The notes: generated from the letters alone by a model not told the origin. Positions 19,841-29,972 are shown, numbered from the stretch's first letter. The stretch: DNA of 64,000 bases from an uncultured Candidatus Saccharibacteria bacterium (GCA_964349945.1 CAYGIH010000002.1:125492-189491), one strand, 5' to 3'. Numbers and translations: made by a program.

Positions 19841-21031
19841 ATGGCAGAATTTAATCGTTCAAAGCCACACCTCAACGTAGGAACCATTGGACACGTTGAC
19901 CACGGCAAGACAACCCTTACAGCAGCAATTTTGAATGTGCTTCACCGCGCAGGCAAGACAGCTACAGTAAAATCAGTAGGTGATATTGATAAGAGTCCTG
20001 AAGAAAAGGCTCGAGGTATTACTATTTCTCTTTCACACAGCGAATACGAGTCAGATGCTCGTCACTACGCTCACGTGGATGCTCCCGGCCACGCCGACTA
20101 CATTAAAAACATGATTACTGGTGCCGCTCAAATGGACGGTGCTATTCTCGTGGTAGCAGCAACAGACGGGGTGATGCCTCAAACTCGTGAACACATCCTA
20201 CTTGCAAAGCAAGTTGGAGTGCCAAAGATTATTGTGTTCTTGAACAAGTGTGACATGGTTCCTGATCCAGAACTCATCGACCTCGTTGAAGAGGAAATCA
20301 GAGAATTGCTCACCAAATACGAATTCGACGGTGCAAATGCTCCTATCATTCGTGGCTCAGCCCTAAAAGCTCTTGAAGCTACAGGTACTGATGATGAATG
20401 GTCAAAGAAAATCCTTGACCTCGTCAACGCCTTGGACACTTACTTCCCAATCCCTGTTCGTGAAGTAGATAAGCCATTCCTAATGCCTATCGAAGACATC
20501 TTCTCTATTGAAGGTCGAGGTACAGTGGTTACTGGTCGTATTGAAAGAGGTATCTGTAAGATTGGTGAAGAAGTAGAAATTGTTGGTATTGAAGCTACTT
20601 CAAAGACAACCATTACTGGTATTGAAATGTTCAACAAACAACTCCAAGAAGGACAAGCTGGAGACAATGCCGGAATCTTGCTCCGTGGTGTGAAGAAAGA
20701 AGAATTGCATCGAGGACAAGTGCTTGCTAAACCAGGAAGCGTAACTCCTCATACAGAGTTCACAGCAGAAGTTTACATCTTGAAGAAGGAAGAAGGGGGA
20801 AGACACACTCCATTCTTCACTGGATACAAGCCTCAGTTCTATGTCAGAACAACTGACGTGACTGGAGAAGTAACTCTTGCTGAAGGAGTAGAAATGGTTA
20901 TGCCTGGAGATACAGTGACCTTCAAAGTTAAGCTCGTAGCACCAGTGGCCCTTGAGGAGCAGACTCGTTTCGCTATCCGTGAAGGAGGCAAGACAGTAGG
21001 TGCCGGAGTGGTAACAAAGGTTATCGCCTAA
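19841..21031 (+). CDS. tuf: Elongation factor Tu
   Basis: [19 protein letters not shown] motifs. 396 aa. Confidence 0.95.
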   Translation: MAEFNRSKPHLNVGTIGHVDHGKTTLTAAILNVLHRAGKTATVKSVGDIDKSPEEKARGITISLSHSEYESDARHYAHVDAPGHADYIKNMITGAAQMDGAILVVAATDGVMPQTREHILLAKQVGVPKIIVFLNKCDMVPDPELIDLVEEEIRELLTKYEFDGANAPIIRGSALKALEATGTDDEWSKKILDLVNALDTYFPIPVREVDKPFLMPIEDIFSIEGRGTVVTGRIERGICKIGEEVEIVGIEATSKTTITGIEMFNKQLQEGQAGDNAGILLRGVKKEELHRGQVLAKPGSVTPHTEFTAEVYILKKEEGGRHTPFFTGYKPQFYVRTTDVTGEVTLAEGVEMVMPGDTVTFKVKLVAPVALEEQTRFAIREGGKTVGAGVVTKVIA

Positions 21032-21053
21032 GCATTAATCAACCGCACATTAC

Positions 21054-21437
21054 ATGGCCAAGGAAACAACAAAACCGAAAGAGAAATCAAAAGCAAAGAC
21101 AAAAAGTACCGCAGTGAAGGCTGAAGAAGGCATTTCAATGTTGCGTATTAGAGTCAGAGCTTATGAATCTAAGATTCTGGATGTTTCTGTGAAGCAGATT
21201 ATAGACACAGCACTTCGCTATGATGCAGAAGTGATGGGTCCGATACCTCTGCCAACCGAAATAAAGAAATATACGGTGAATCGTGCTGCATTCGTCTACA
21301 AAAACGCGCGAGAACAGTTTGAGATGCGAATACACAAGAGACTCATCGATATCAAGAATCCAAATCAGAAAATTATTGAATCTCTTACGAACATGAATCT
21401 TCCTTCCGGTGTAAACATAGACGTAAAGCTCGTCTAA
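21054..21437 (+). CDS. rpsJ: Ribosomal protein S10 (with N-terminal Lys-rich extension)
   Basis: S10 core from about residue 28 (LRIRVRAYE...). Confidence 0.9.
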   Translation: MAKETTKPKEKSKAKTKSTAVKAEEGISMLRIRVRAYESKILDVSVKQIIDTALRYDAEVMGPIPLPTEIKKYTVNRAAFVYKNAREQFEMRIHKRLIDIKNPNQKIIESLTNMNLPSGVNIDVKLV

Positions 21438-21455
21438 TAATTCAGAAAATCCAAT

Positions 21456-22073
21456 ATGAAATTCCTTCTCGCCAAAAAGGTGAATATGACTCAAGTCTTC
21501 GATGAAAAGGGCGCGACCTATCCGGTCACGATCCTTTCTGCTACTCCAGTTAAGGTCACCAACATAAAAGATATGGCTCGAGATGGATATAAGGCTGTTC
21601 AAGTAGGATTTGGTGAGAAGCGCGAGAAGAACATCACTAAAGCTCGTCTAGGACAAATGGGAGGTAATAAATTCGAACATCTAAAGGAATACAAACTTAA
21701 AGATGCGGATACCATCCCTGCAGTTGGTGACTCAATCGACCTCTCTATCTTTAGTGAAGGAGACAAGGTTGAAGTGACTGCTGTTTCTAAGGGTAAAGGA
21801 TTCCAAGGAGTGGTGAAGAGACACAAGTTTGGTGGAGGCCGACGTTCACACGGACAGAAACACTCTGAACGTGAACCAGGTTCTATTGGTGGAGGTGCTC
21901 GTGCAGGAGGTCGTGTAGCCAGAGGATTAAGGATGGCTGGCAGAATGGGGAGTGATCGTGTTACAGTGTCAAACCTAAAGATTATAAAAATCTTACCTGA
22001 CACCAATGAGATTATGGTTCATGGAGCTGTCCCTGGGAAGAAGGGGACACTAGTGGAAATCTGGTCAAAGTAA
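21456..22073 (+). CDS. rplC: Ribosomal protein L3
   Basis: Conserved L3 sequence and S10-operon order. Confidence 0.9.
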   Translation: MKFLLAKKVNMTQVFDEKGATYPVTILSATPVKVTNIKDMARDGYKAVQVGFGEKREKNITKARLGQMGGNKFEHLKEYKLKDADTIPAVGDSIDLSIFSEGDKVEVTAVSKGKGFQGVVKRHKFGGGRRSHGQKHSEREPGSIGGGARAGGRVARGLRMAGRMGSDRVTVSNLKIIKILPDTNEIMVHGAVPGKKGTLVEIWSK

Positions 22074-22082
22074 TTCAAAAAC

Positions 22083-22799
22083 ATGGAAGCAAAAGTCTAC
22101 GACATAAATGCCAAAGAAAAATCATCAATCTCTCTCCCAGAGAATCTTTTTGGACTTCCATGGAATTCTGACCTTGTTCACCAAGTTGCAACCTCTCTAA
22201 ATTCATCAAAGAGAAAAACCGTCGCTCATACAAAGAACCGATCAGAGGTTCGTGGTGGAGGCAAGAAGCCTTGGCAACAAAAGGGCACAGGTCGCGCTCG
22301 ACACGGATCAACTCGTTCCCCAATTTGGGTAGGTGGAGGTGTTGCTCATGGACCAAGGAACGAAGAGAACTTTGACCGCAAGGTTTCAAAGAAAATGAAA
22401 GCCAAGGCTTTCTACACTATTCTCTCAAGGAAGTTCAAGGACGGAGAAGTGCTCTTTGTAGACTCTATTTCTTTCAAGGAACCAAAGACCAAGCTTGCCA
22501 TAGGAGCTATGAAGAAGCTTGAAGGCATCAAAGGTTTTGAGATGATTTTCAAGAAGAAAAATAATTCTGCAGTCATTGCTCTTGGAGAGAAAAATACTTC
22601 TACAGAGAAAGCTATTTCAAATCTTTCAAATATGGAAGTGATTGAATCCAGAAACTTGCACCCACTTGCACTTCTAAAATACAAATATTTGGTTATAGAA
22701 AATCCAGAAGTTTCTCTAAAGAACCTCCCGGGCCAACTTACCAAGAAGGTTATGGAGAAAGAAGCTCCAAAGAAAAAAGTAGTAGCCAAGAAAAAATAA
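22083..22799 (+). CDS. rplD: Ribosomal protein L4
   Basis: Conserved L4 core with a Lys-rich C-terminal extension. Confidence 0.9.
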   Translation: MEAKVYDINAKEKSSISLPENLFGLPWNSDLVHQVATSLNSSKRKTVAHTKNRSEVRGGGKKPWQQKGTGRARHGSTRSPIWVGGGVAHGPRNEENFDRKVSKKMKAKAFYTILSRKFKDGEVLFVDSISFKEPKTKLAIGAMKKLEGIKGFEMIFKKKNNSAVIALGEKNTSTEKAISNLSNMEVIESRNLHPLALLKYKYLVIENPEVSLKNLPGQLTKKVMEKEAPKKKVVAKKK

Positions 22800-22803
22800 A
22801 TTT

Positions 22804-23094
22804 ATGACTACCCACATCCAACCAGCAACAGTTCTACTTCGTCCAAGAGTGACAGAGAAAGCAGCGCTCAAAGCAGACAAATCAAACATCTATGTTTTTG
22901 AGGTGACGAAGGGTGCTACCAAGAAACAAATCATCGCTTCTATAAAGGATGCATACAAGGTGACTCCTATATCTGTTCATCTCCTAGCTATCCCTAGGAA
23001 GGAAGTTTTTCGCAGAGGTAAGTCAGGTATAAAGGGGGGAGGCAAGAAAGCTTATATTGAATTAAAAAAGGGAGATAAAATCGAAGTAATATAA
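22804..23094 (+). CDS. rplW: Ribosomal protein L23
   Basis: Operon position and conserved sequence. Confidence 0.9.
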   Translation: MTTHIQPATVLLRPRVTEKAALKADKSNIYVFEVTKGATKKQIIASIKDAYKVTPISVHLLAIPRKEVFRRGKSGIKGGGKKAYIELKKGDKIEVI

Positions 23095-23104
23095 TACAAA
23101 TTTT

Positions 23105-23944
23105 ATGAAGAAATACAGACCAACATCTCCATCAAGACGACAAACTTCAAACGTTGAATTCAAAAAATTCACCACTACAAACGAACCTTTGAAGTCTTTA
23201 ACCAAGGGTTTTAGACGAGCCAATGGACGCAACAATACAGGTAGAATCACCACTCGACACAAAGGGGGAGGACACAAAAGACTTTTTAGAGAAATAGACT
23301 TTACATACAACAAACTCAATGTGCCTTTCACTATTAAAACTGTTGAATACGATCCAAATCGTTCTGGTTTCATTGGACTTGTGGCTTATAAGGATGGAGA
23401 GAGACGATATGCACTTCTACACAAAGGAGTTAAAATTGGGGAAACATTTGTAGCCGGAGAAAATGCTCCTTTGGTGCCTGGGAACAAACTACCTCTAAAG
23501 AATATCCCTGTTGGAACATTCGTATACAACGTAGAACTAAAGCCAAATGGTGGAGCTCGCATCGCTCGCTCTGGAGGAAACTATGTAGAAGTGAGTGCGA
23601 AGGATGGTGGTTATGTAGATGTGAAGATGCCTTCATCAGAAGTTCGAAAAGTTATTGAAACTGCTTATGCAACTATCGGTGAAGCTTCAAATGATGAGAA
23701 CCGTCTTACAAATCTAGGTAAGGCAGGGAGAAATAGATGGTTAGGAGTTCGTCCAACTGTCCGAGGTACTGCTCAAAACCCAGTAGACCACCCACATGGA
23801 GGAGGAGAAGGAAGACAAGGAAGAGGACGCAGACGAGCAATCTCTGTTTATGGGAAGCCAACAGGCAAGGGACAAAAATCTCGACGCTCAAAGAAATATT
23901 CAAACAAACATATTGTCAGAAGACGAAAAGTTGGCAAGAAATAA
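23105..23944 (+). CDS. rplB: Ribosomal protein L2
   Basis: Conserved L2 (GGGHK, HPHGGGEG). Confidence 0.95.
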   Translation: MKKYRPTSPSRRQTSNVEFKKFTTTNEPLKSLTKGFRRANGRNNTGRITTRHKGGGHKRLFREIDFTYNKLNVPFTIKTVEYDPNRSGFIGLVAYKDGERRYALLHKGVKIGETFVAGENAPLVPGNKLPLKNIPVGTFVYNVELKPNGGARIARSGGNYVEVSAKDGGYVDVKMPSSEVRKVIETAYATIGEASNDENRLTNLGKAGRNRWLGVRPTVRGTAQNPVDHPHGGGEGRQGRGRRRAISVYGKPTGKGQKSRRSKKYSNKHIVRRRKVGKK

Positions 23945-23949
23945 AATCA

Positions 23950-23974
23950 AAAATCCCCACTCGGGGATTTTTTG
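23950..23974 (+). terminator. Intrinsic terminator after rplB (AAATCCCC-ACTC-GGGGATTTTTT)
   Basis: Perfect 6-bp GC stem plus T-run. Unexpected here, because rpsS normally follows directly. Confidence 0.7.
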
Positions 23975-24025
23975 TAACACACTTCGGGGTTATACTTTCA
24001 ACAGACACTTAACCGAGGATTGATT

Positions 24026-24268
24026 ATGAGTGAAGCTCAAGAAAAAAATCCTTGGATTAGGTTTGTATATAGTCCATGCGATGATGATCATCGAGTAGTA
24101 GTTGATTTTGTGAACCAACATGAACTGCCGGTCATACTTGATTCAAATGAATGCGCTCCACATCCAGAACTTCGGGTGAATCATGGAGAGATTCTGACTG
24201 GCGCTGATAAAATCATAAACCACTTGAAGGCACAGTTTGCCCACCTCATCACCCCAATGCCTAGTTAG
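24026..24268 (+). CDS. Small thioredoxin-fold (GST-N/glutaredoxin-like) protein
   Basis: GAGGA SD 6 nt before ATG. FVYSPCDDDHRVVVDFVNQHELPVILD resembles the GST-N beta-alpha-beta core. Weak call. Confidence 0.35.
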   Translation: MSEAQEKNPWIRFVYSPCDDDHRVVVDFVNQHELPVILDSNECAPHPELRVNHGEILTGADKIINHLKAQFAHLITPMPS

Positions 24269-24400
24269 GCATTTTTTTGTTTATATTGACAAATATTATA
24301 CATATTGTAATGTTTCTTTGTTTCCGATAGGTGAAGAACACTTTACTCATGGAGCAGATCTCCTTGAGCCACAACGGCGGAACAGTTCTTTGGGGGTTCT

Positions 24401-24799
24401 ATGAGTGAAATTGCTGGATTCATCGGGTGGTGCATCATTGTCATGCTATTTGGTAGCGTTATTATCATGATCCTCGAGATGATCAAAAACTGGTTTACTC
24501 AGAACTCTCGGTTCATTGATGAGTTTGTTGATCAAGGAACGGTCAACTTCAAGATCAGGAATCTCGCTATCGAACTCAAGGATCTCTTTGATCAGCAGAT
24601 CGAAGAGCAAAAGAGGTTTTCTGGGGACTCTCTCCATCAGCGCGAGCACAACATCAATTCGTTTTCTGAGCTTGTTTCTGAAAAGAAGGGGAAGTTTTGG
24701 AAGGTGGTCAATCTGGCCAAGAAGGTCGGCTTCGACACTCCCAGCACCATCGAAGAAGCGCTCGTATTGCCGATTGTCTTTGAAGAAGACGACGATTGA
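24401..24799 (+). CDS. Hypothetical N-terminally membrane-anchored acidic protein
   Basis: TTGACA-type promoter at about 24287, long leader, GGGGG before ATG, one TM helix, terminator at about 24822-24850. Confidence 0.45.
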   Translation: MSEIAGFIGWCIIVMLFGSVIIMILEMIKNWFTQNSRFIDEFVDQGTVNFKIRNLAIELKDLFDQQIEEQKRFSGDSLHQREHNINSFSELVSEKKGKFWKVVNLAKKVGFDTPSTIEEALVLPIVFEEDDD

Positions 24800-24996
24800 T
24801 CTAGTAATCGTCATTATGTCTTTGGCCATCCGTAAGGGTGGTTTTTTCATTGACAAAAACCTAAAATCCTATAAAGTATCCGCATAAGGTCAAAGACAAG
24901 AGGCGAACAATAAGTCCTCTCGAGACTACTCTCTCTGCAATAGCGGACGTTGAGACCTTATATAGGTCGATTTTTTTAGCCAAAAAACAAAACCAA

Positions 24997-25485
24997 ATGG
25001 CAATATCAAGAACCAAAAAAGGAGAAATAATTGATAAGCTCCAAGGAGCGCTCAAGGGTGCCAAGTCTCTTGTTTTCGTGAACTTCCATGGTTTAAAAGT
25101 TTCTGATGCCACCGCGATGCGCCGAGCCCTCAAGGGCGAAGGTGTCTCATACGCAGTGACTAAGAAAAGTTTAACCAAAAGAGTTTTAGCAGATGAGAAG
25201 TTTGAAGGTACGCAACCAGAGCTCACAGGTGAACTGGCAATGGCTTGGTCAGAAGACCTCATTGCCCCAGCCCGTGGAGTTTACGGCTTCCAAAAAAAAT
25301 TCCCAGAAGGTATTCAAATCCTCGGTGGAGTTTTCGAAGGACGATACATGGATAAGAAGGAGATGGAAGGCATCGCCACCATCCCAACTACAGATGTACT
25401 CCGTGGAATGTTTGTGAACATCATCAATTCTCCAATACAGCGTTTCGCTATCGCGCTCAATGAGGTAGCAAAAACTAAGAACTAA
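24997..25485 (+). CDS. rplJ: Ribosomal protein L10
   Basis: Conserved L10 sequence. About 145-nt structured leader upstream. Confidence 0.9.
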   Translation: MAISRTKKGEIIDKLQGALKGAKSLVFVNFHGLKVSDATAMRRALKGEGVSYAVTKKSLTKRVLADEKFEGTQPELTGELAMAWSEDLIAPARGVYGFQKKFPEGIQILGGVFEGRYMDKKEMEGIATIPTTDVLRGMFVNIINSPIQRFAIALNEVAKTKN

Positions 25486-25498
25486 TTAATTATAAAAT

Positions 25499-25861
25499 AT
25501 GACACAAGAACAAATCATCGAAGCTGTAGAGAAGTTGAGTGTACTAGAACTCAACACTCTAGTGAAGGCTATTGAAGAAAAGTGGGGTGTTTCAGCTACA
25601 GCCGTAGCGGCCGCAGGACCTGCAGCAGCCGGTGAAGCAGTAGAAGCCAAGTCAACAGCAGATGTAGAACTTACAGACGCTGGTGCCAATAAGATTGCAG
25701 TTATCAAGGTAGTGAAGGAAGTGCTCGCCCTAGGCCTCAAAGAAGCCAAGGATCTCGTAGATGCAGCACCTTCAATGCTTAAAGCAGGAATGAAGAATGA
25801 TGAAGCCGCAGATCTCAAGAAAAAGATTGAGGAAGCAGGCGGAAAGGTTACTTTAAAGTAA
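25499..25861 (+). CDS. rplL: Ribosomal protein L7/L12
   Basis: Ala-rich hinge and conserved C-terminal domain ([18 protein letters not shown]). Confidence 0.92.
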   Translation: MTQEQIIEAVEKLSVLELNTLVKAIEEKWGVSATAVAAAGPAAAGEAVEAKSTADVELTDAGANKIAVIKVVKEVLALGLKEAKDLVDAAPSMLKAGMKNDEAADLKKKIEEAGGKVTLK

Positions 25862-25881
25862 TAAATCATTTGTTCCGATTC

Positions 25882-25906
25882 AAAAAACCGCTTAGGCGGT
25901 TTTTTG
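25882..25906 (+). terminator. Intrinsic terminator after rplL (AAAAAACCGCTTAGGCGGTTTTTTG)
   Basis: Near-identical to the fusA terminator. Confidence 0.7.
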
Positions 25907-25963
25907 TTGACACTGAAACTCACAAGAGTAATCTATCTATAGACGGTCCCCCAAGGAGGAACG

Positions 25964-26221
25964 GTGCGTGCCACCCTAATGGATGTAAGGATCTTGTGGC
26001 TCGTCTGGTTGTATGAGAACAGACGGCCTGCGCGGAGTAAGACGCGCAAGGATCTGAACGCGCGTTTCCTCGGAATGTTCAAGGAAATTGCGAAGATAAC
26101 CAGGAAGAAGATTGGCTTTCCTGGTCGACCAGACGACGAGGTGCCTCTGGACGAGAAGTCGGATGCCCTCTACTGTCGAATGGAAAAAGAGTGGGACAGA
26201 GTCATGTCCCGCAAGAGGTGA
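25964..26221 (+). CDS. High-GC small basic hypothetical protein (85 aa), GTG start
   Basis: TTGACA at 25907-25912. AAGGAGG SD at 25953-25959, then GTG. Terminator AAACCCTATCGCTTTGATAGGGTTTTT follows. Confidence 0.45.
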   Translation: MRATLMDVRILWLVWLYENRRPARSKTRKDLNARFLGMFKEIAKITRKKIGFPGRPDDEVPLDEKSDALYCRMEKEWDRVMSRKR

Positions 26222-26288
26222 AACCCTATCGCTTTGATAGGGTTTTTACTTACTGGCATTCCTTATAGATTGTGAGTAGAATGGCCGT

Positions 26289-26849
26289 ATGACAAAGTCA
26301 GTATCCAATATCTTCGGCGGTGAAGCCAAGGTGAAAATAATGCGTTTATTCATATTTAATCCAGGCACTATTTTCGAAGCTTCAGCTGTATCAGATAGAA
26401 CCCAAGAAAGACGTGCGGTAGTAGCCAGAGAAATTCGCAATTTAATGAAGGGAGGTTTACTCAGAAAAAAAGGTAAGGGTTATACATTAAATTATGATTA
26501 TCCTTTTGTTGAAGCCTTGAATAGTTTCCTCATAGATGCGAGTCCTATTTCAGAAAAGGAAATAATCAAAAAGGTTTCTCGTGCAGGAACGATGAAGCTC
26601 ATTTTAATTTCTGGGGTATTCCTTCATGATCCAGAAGCCAGAGTTGATATGCTCGTAGTGGGGGACCATCTAAAGAAAGGTGTTTTGGTTCAAGCTATTA
26701 GTTCTATTGAAGCCATGCTCGGCAGGGAAATTCGCTATGCATCGTTTGAAACGGCTGATTTTCAATATAGATTAGGTCTCTATGACAAGCTCGTTCGAGA
26801 TATCCTCGACTTCAACCACAAGAAAATCCTTAATAAATTAGGAGTTTAG
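26289..26849 (+). CDS. Hypothetical protein (possible winged-helix N-terminal domain)
   Basis: 186 aa at native GC. No confident family assignment. Confidence 0.4.
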   Translation: MTKSVSNIFGGEAKVKIMRLFIFNPGTIFEASAVSDRTQERRAVVAREIRNLMKGGLLRKKGKGYTLNYDYPFVEALNSFLIDASPISEKEIIKKVSRAGTMKLILISGVFLHDPEARVDMLVVGDHLKKGVLVQAISSIEAMLGREIRYASFETADFQYRLGLYDKLVRDILDFNHKKILNKLGV

Positions 26850-26981
26850 CTTTATTTATTATCCACAAACCCTATACAATCATTGTTTTTATGGTTTTTG
26901 GCGGTGTATAATAAAGCATACCCCTAAAAAGAGGTAACATTAATAATAAGTGCATTTGCACAGACCCTCAGTCAAGAACAT

Positions 26982-27671
26982 ATGTTGATTAATACATGGG
27001 GACAAGTTCTCACACTTTCATTCCAGAATCTTTGGATGGGAGTTGTAGCCTTTGTTCCACAGTTAGTTGTCGCAATTATTATCCTCATCCTCGGATGGCT
27101 CATCGGCGCATTATTTGGCCGAGCTGTCTGGCAGGTGTTCCGTTCTCTAAGAGTTGATGAAGCTCTAAGACGAGCAGGTTTTGAAACATTCCTTCGCCGA
27201 GGAGGACTAAACCTCGATTCTGGTGCTTTCATTGGCGGACTTGTTAAGTGGTTTGTGATCCTTGTTTTCCTTATTGGATCATTCAACGTTCTAGGTCTCA
27301 GCCAAGTTAACGCATTCATTAGTGATGTTGTTCTTCTTTACCTCCCTCGCGTAATTGTCGCTGCCCTCATCCTACTTGTAGGAGGAGTAGTTGGTGATGT
27401 TATCGATCGAGTAGTAGTCACAGCAGCTAAGACAGCTGAAATTCGTTCAGCACACTTCGCTGGTTCACTTTCAAAGTGGGCAGTTTGGGTATTTGCTATC
27501 CTTGTCGCGCTTAGTCAGCTCGGCATCGCGGCAGCCTTTAGTCAAACTCTCTTCACAGGTATTGTTATAGCTATCTCTCTTGCACTAGGCCTTTCATTTG
27601 GTCTTGGAGGTCAAGAAGCAGCGGCTCGATTTATCGAGAAGCTACGTGGAGAGATGAGTGGGAATAAGTAA
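26982..27671 (+). CDS. Conserved-TM-helix repeat membrane protein (MscS-related TM_helix family-like)
   Basis: Four similar amphipathic/TM repeats (LVVAIIILILGWLIGALFGRAV..., VIVAALILLVGGVVGDVIDRVV...). Confidence 0.5.
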   Translation: MLINTWGQVLTLSFQNLWMGVVAFVPQLVVAIIILILGWLIGALFGRAVWQVFRSLRVDEALRRAGFETFLRRGGLNLDSGAFIGGLVKWFVILVFLIGSFNVLGLSQVNAFISDVVLLYLPRVIVAALILLVGGVVGDVIDRVVVTAAKTAEIRSAHFAGSLSKWAVWVFAILVALSQLGIAAAFSQTLFTGIVIAISLALGLSFGLGGQEAAARFIEKLRGEMSGNK

Positions 27672-27752
27672 AAAGAAGTATTATAGCTAGATAATACTTC
27701 AACTTGCATAAAAGGGCCCTATTTAGGGCTCTTTTATGTATTATAAATGTCC

Positions 27753-27781
27753 TTGACTTTATACATCAAGTATGCTATTAT
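27753..27781 (+). promoter_or_regulatory. Consensus sigma70 promoter TTGACT-N17-TATTAT
   Basis: TTGACT at 27753-27758, 17-nt spacer, TATTAT at 27776-27781. Preceded by terminator AAAAGGGCCCTATTTAGGGCTCTTTT. Confidence 0.6.
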
Positions 27782-27835
27782 AGACAGGTACGCTCTTTAG
27801 TTATACTCCCTTTAACGTATTACCACGGAGTAGCC

Positions 27836-28408
27836 ATGACGGTTGCGATGATGCAGGACCAGAGCTCGTCCGAAGGCCTTTGCCTCAAGGACGTGAACAC
27901 GGTGCTGGTGAATTTCAACTTCACCAACCCGCGAGTTGTGCCGCAGGGTCTGCGACATGTCGAACGCAAGAGCGAGCGCGAGCTCCTCGAGCGTCGCAAG
28001 CAGCAGGGCGTTGGTACCGGCCATCAGGTCGTGAACAATGCTCAGCAGACGCAGGTCGCGATGCTCCGCAAGGGTCTCTCGTCGAATGGCTTCCACCTCG
28101 TGGACAGCCACACGACCGAGATCGCGCGTCCGGGCCGCCAGAAGAAGTACCGGGTCGTGCTGCAGTTCCGGCGTATGGAGGCCGGCGAACAGGCTCCTGA
28201 GATTCCTTCGGAAGCTCTCGCCGATCTGCGCAGTCTCGCCACTGACGCTGTCTGGTCCGGCCACGTCTGGTCGAACCCGAACGGCGTGGCGGCGGTGGAC
28301 CTTGTCCAGCGCCAGCCGGGCACCCTTCCGAAGCATGCGTTCGTCACCCGCAAGGGGTGGATCGTGGCGGAGCCGGTGAGCCAGCTCGTTGCGGAAGACG
28401 GGGAGTAA
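27836..28408 (+). CDS. High-GC (about 63%) hypothetical protein, 190 aa
   Basis: GGAG SD at 27827-27830, ATG at 27836. Terminator at 28436-28462. The antisense ORF 27812-28480 is rejected as a GC artefact. Confidence 0.55.
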   Translation: MTVAMMQDQSSSEGLCLKDVNTVLVNFNFTNPRVVPQGLRHVERKSERELLERRKQQGVGTGHQVVNNAQQTQVAMLRKGLSSNGFHLVDSHTTEIARPGRQKKYRVVLQFRRMEAGEQAPEIPSEALADLRSLATDAVWSGHVWSNPNGVAAVDLVQRQPGTLPKHAFVTRKGWIVAEPVSQLVAEDGE

Positions 28409-28435
28409 TTCGCACAAGGGACTGTTCTGGGTCCA

Positions 28436-28462
28436 AGGTCGTCTGAAAAGGCGACCTTTTTT
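28436..28462 (+). terminator. Intrinsic terminator (AGGTCGTC-TGAAAAG-GCGACCTTTTTT)
   Basis: Hairpin plus T6. Confidence 0.65.
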
Positions 28463-28473
28463 CTTATAATAGT

Positions 28474-28502
28474 TTGACAATACGCCTTGATTTCTATACT
28501 AT
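28474..28502 (+). promoter_or_regulatory. Consensus promoter TTGACA-N17-TACTAT directly upstream of rpsS, with 5'-UTR hairpin AAGCTC-TCTCTC-GAGCTT (28511-28528)
   Basis: Seen directly in the sequence. A private rpsS promoter is unusual. Confidence 0.5.
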
Positions 28503-28539
28503 ATCTTCCTAAGCTCTCTCTCGAGCTTCTTTATTTCTC

Positions 28540-28881
28540 ATGACCAGATCATCGAAGAAAGGCCCATATGTAGACCCTCGAGTCTTGAAAAAGATTGAAG
28601 GCAAAAAGCCCGGCGAAACCGGTGTTATTAAGACTTGGGCCCGAGCATGTCAGATTGCTCCAGAAATGGTTGGTTTTACTTTCGGTGTTCATAATGGCAA
28701 GGACCACATCGAGGTTTTTGTCACCGAAGACATGGTTGGTCACCGATTAGGAGAGTTTTCTCTTACTCGCAAGTTTAATAAACACGGAGGAAAGATGCAG
28801 AAAGAGCTCGAGATGAAAAAGAAAGAATCAGAACTAGCAGCAGCCAAGGCGGCCAAAGGTTCAGCAGATGCGAAGAAATAA
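28540..28881 (+). CDS. rpsS: Ribosomal protein S19 (with Lys/Ala-rich C-terminal extension)
   Basis: [13 protein letters not shown]...[23 protein letters not shown] core. Confidence 0.9.
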   Translation: MTRSSKKGPYVDPRVLKKIEGKKPGETGVIKTWARACQIAPEMVGFTFGVHNGKDHIEVFVTEDMVGHRLGEFSLTRKFNKHGGKMQKELEMKKKESELAAAKAAKGSADAKK

Positions 28882-28890
28882 TAAACTACT

Positions 28891-29283
28891 ATGGCCGAAG
28901 CAAAAGCAACATTATCAGATTATAGACAGTCACCACGAAAAGTTCGCATTGTCGCAGATATGGTTCGAGGTAAAAAAGTGGAGGATGCAATCATCACTCT
29001 TTCTTTTATCCCAAAGCGTTCTGCTCTTCCTCTGCAGAAACTTCTTGCTTCAGCAGTAGCTAATGCGAAGAATCTCTCTATCCCTATGGAGAACCTTGTA
29101 GTGAAGGAGATTAGGGTGGATGGAGGAAAAATTTTATACCGCAGACTGCCTATGTCTCGAGGTCGTGCCTTTTCAATAAGAAAGAGAACTACTCATGTGA
29201 ACATTACCCTTGCAGAAGTAGCTCCAAAAGTTAAAAAGTCTAGAGCTAACAAGATAGCCAAAGATTTAAAAGCCAAAAAATAA
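28891..29283 (+). CDS. rplV: Ribosomal protein L22
   Basis: Conserved L22 sequence and order. Confidence 0.9.
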   Translation: MAEAKATLSDYRQSPRKVRIVADMVRGKKVEDAIITLSFIPKRSALPLQKLLASAVANAKNLSIPMENLVVKEIRVDGGKILYRRLPMSRGRAFSIRKRTTHVNITLAEVAPKVKKSRANKIAKDLKAKK

Positions 29284-29284
29284 T

Positions 29285-29962
29285 ATGTCACACACAGTCC
29301 ACCCATATTCACATAGATTAGGAATCCTACGAGACTGGAAGTCACGATGGTTTTCTACTAAAGAAAAATACAAAGAATTTCTACGAGGCGATGTATTAGT
29401 GAGAGAATATTTGGAGAAAAAGCTCAAGGGTTTCTATGTTTCTGATGTAGAAATAGAGAGAAGTGAGAAGGCCATGAGAGTTATTATCATGACTTCTCGT
29501 CCAGGTATGATCATTGGTCGTCAGGGAGATGGGGCAGTTAAACTCCGAGACACAGTTATAAAACTTCTAAAGAAACACAATCTCCATGATCCAAAGATTG
29601 AAGTAAAGCTTGATATTAAAGAAATTCGTTCTCCAGAATCAAACGCTTCTATTGTTAGCCAAATGGTTGTAGAAGGTTTAGAGAAGCGTCTTCCGTTTCG
29701 AAGAGTGATGAAGTCAACACTCGAGAAAGTTATGGCTAACCGCGATGTTCTAGGAGTGCGAGTGCTCTGTTCTGGTCGACTTGGAGGAGCCACTATGTCT
29801 CGTTCAGAGGATAGAAAACTTGGACGACTCCCGCTTCAGACTTTCCGTGCTGATGTTGATTATGCTTGTAACCGTGCTCGTATGCCTTATGGCACCATTG
29901 GTGTGAAGGTTTGGATATACAAAGGAGATATTTTTGATAAAGATATTCTCATAAAGAAATAA
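29285..29962 (+). CDS. rpsC: Ribosomal protein S3
   Basis: KH domain and conserved S3 C-terminus. Confidence 0.92.
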   Translation: MSHTVHPYSHRLGILRDWKSRWFSTKEKYKEFLRGDVLVREYLEKKLKGFYVSDVEIERSEKAMRVIIMTSRPGMIIGRQGDGAVKLRDTVIKLLKKHNLHDPKIEVKLDIKEIRSPESNASIVSQMVVEGLEKRLPFRRVMKSTLEKVMANRDVLGVRVLCSGRLGGATMSRSEDRKLGRLPLQTFRADVDYACNRARMPYGTIGVKVWIYKGDIFDKDILIKK

Positions 29963-29972
29963 TTTTAATACT

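Noticed and set aside
26982-27671. TM-helix-repeat protein as part of the high-GC cassette set
   Set aside because: GC of about 47% is similar to native ribosomal genes. It has no GGAGG SD. It is treated as native, although it lies in the anomalous block.
27812-28480. 222-aa minus-strand ORF and 27704-start long +ORF over the 63%-GC cassette
   Set aside because: The antisense frame lacks signals. The + ORF's upstream extension runs through the promoter and terminator. The start was therefore assigned to ATG 27836 after GGAG.
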